Shown piece by piece: positions 61,942 to 64,000 of a DNA stretch of 64,000 nucleotides. The position numbers were made by a program, and so were the translations under genes. The notes below the pieces were generated by a model. The model was not told the origin of the DNA, did no database searches, and saw nothing but the letters and a program-made list of their open reading frames with translations. The stretch covers positions 28,206,750 through 28,270,749 of the forward strand of contig CM074524.1 of assembly GCA_037379345.1 (NCBI GenBank). Reading direction: 5' to 3'. This DNA comes from Perna viridis (Eukaryota). The stretch's first letter is position 1; the number at the start of each line of letters is the position of its first letter.

Positions 61942-63060
61942 AGAGTAATCAAAGGAAGCAATATTCTAGCGGAAATCAAAGGAATGTAATCCAGGGACAA
62001 AGACCAGACATGGAAAACAGACCATCACAACAAAGAACATAAAGTAACTCAAACAATACATGCAAAGTAACAAAAACAAATGAGCAACTCGGACTCCACT
62101 AAAACAAAGAATATGGACCTAGTGCACCGGTAGAGTAAGCGTCCTCTGCTTTTCTAGAAAAACCCACCGAGTCCGCGGTAGACAAAATAGAAAGGGAAAA
62201 CTATGACACGTTAAGCAAATCAGTATTCATGGGGCTGATGGATACATGTTTGGAGTATGAAGTGTTGTGGTAGAACTGGAGACTCTCTTTGAGATCTGTG
62301 AAAGAGTAATCAAGGGAACAAAGGTTATAGTATTGAAGTTAAAGGTTTTGAAAGAACTTTCGTGGTACTTTTTTAGATTAGCTATATAACGTTGTTTGTA
62401 TGGATTCCTGTGGAGTTTAGAAATTCAGTACATAGACGGTAAATCACAATCATCGTCCTTGGTAGAGAGACCAAAAGAGGACAACACAGATTTATGGTTT
62501 ATGGTTTTCCTCTATCTCTTCGTTGGAGAGTGTAGTAGTAGTATAGGTCTTATACCTGCTATTATTTTCTACGTCGACATTTTACAGACTAAATCAATGT
62601 TGTTTTGGGTTTTGTTTGTCTGGACGACAACATATGTTATGTATAGAAGACAATGTTTCTGCTACACCGGGGTCTTTCAAAACTGATGTAGCATTGACAC
62701 TTATTGACCCACTTTAAACTTTCATTCGTTTCAAAATTAAAGACCTCACGGCCTTTACTCACTCCGACAAAGAATCAATGTCTTCTTGTTCTCGTTTTAT
62801 CCATTTTCTTGCGTAATCCTCCACGTCATCCATAAGAATTTTACAGTTATAACATATGTAGGCTAAAACAGCACCGTTTTTTTCGTTGGGTTTTTCTTTC
62901 CAATGAATCATTTTACCATATGCAGTGTCCAAATGTATGTAGACTAGTACTTAAAAGGACTGTGTAACGTCTGCAAACCTTTTTTAACGTGTTGGGATTC
63001 CAATGCTGTAGGAAGGAAAAATCACGAAGTCTAGGTACCGTATGCCCTTTGAATAAGCAG
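61942..63060 (-). mobile_element. Penelope-like element: N-terminal RT fragment plus 3' terminal repeat
   Basis: Minus strand ILMDDVEDYARKWIKREQEDIDSLSE*...NNIDLVCK...LPSMY*ISKLHRNPYKQRYIA (62330-62850), followed by the family 3' repeat at 61942-62250. Confidence 0.75.
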
Positions 63061-64000
63061 CAAGTGTGATTTGAACTCTCCATGTGATAACTGGTTAGTT
63101 CCTTTAAATATATAATGATGTAGAATATAGAAGACAATTCTTGGTTACTTTTCTTCATTTCGTTCATTTTTTAGATTAAACGCGACTACGCCATGTGAAA
63201 AATAGTACATCAAAGGAACAAAGACAAAGAAAAAAAAATAAGATACTCCAAACGGTGCACTCATCATCTTTTTAACAAGGCAGTCATATTCATCTGTCAT
63301 TTGATATAAGTAGCATTTCAAATATTTTAGAGTTCTTGACGCATTGGATTCTCTCGATATAGAAGGAAAAACTGACAGAACACAATCATCGTGCTTGAAA
63401 TATAAGTTATATTGATTTTTTGTTTATTTGTTTATTATTTTTGCTGGTCGACTCATTCATGCTACTCAACCTATAGCTAGGTGAAATAGAGGGTCACTCA
63501 TTGCTTATAATTTAAGTCTTGTTTGTTTTATATAAGCATGTATCGTATAGATAGCATCAATTCATGTATACCGAACATGTAAAATTTTTTCGATAACTCA
63601 CGTTTTGAAATGTAATCGGTTATTTAACGCTTGGACTTTCTCTCGACAAATCGTCACAAAACATCACAACATGTGTATCAATCCGACGATTTCGGTTATT
63701 CACTCTTTCCAATTTAAAAATAATCCTATTATTATTTTTACCTAAAATAATAGTGTAAAAAATCATCGTACACGATAAAGGATTAACAGTGTTCACATCA
63801 AGTAATCAAATACAGGCATATGTGGTTTAAATCGATCGTATAGAAAGTGTTTTGTACGGGACATGTGGAGAAGTAATCACCAACTGTTTCATATATTATA
63901 TTCGCCACTTTAACAAATTATCTAAACAATTTACTTATTAATCAAAGTTATTTACATGATCAGTTAAATGAAATGATAATAACCGCTATCAGTCACCTAA

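Overview
AT-rich eukaryotic (metazoan) genomic DNA. The repeat landscape and the abundant TACATGTA motif suggest a bivalve mollusc, probably an oyster (inference). The left half (about 784-28,800, minus strand) holds a spliced armadillo-repeat gene collinear with fungal Vac8. I reconstructed 10 phase-consistent coding exons plus a likely first exon at about 28.6 kb, and the gene runs off the left edge. Two of its exon/intron junctions are tandemly duplicated, giving arrays of 11 and 3 splice donors; the second array appears to build a new 83-nt intron and a 39-nt in-frame exon. The right half holds two paralogous rhodopsin-class GPCR genes, each with a single coding exon, head-to-head about 17.7 kb apart. 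The rest is dense transposon debris: an RTE-X-like LINE, Penelope-like and DIRS fragments, hAT and MULE remnants, several MITE families, and a short (AAAC)n-tailed retroposon with target-site duplications (TSDs). Two retroelement-borne candidate RNA structures stand out, and one shows compensatory base changes between copies. CpG is depleted in the Vac8-like gene body and retained elsewhere. There is no CRISPR array, rRNA or intact tRNA. All calls are by eye, without database searches.
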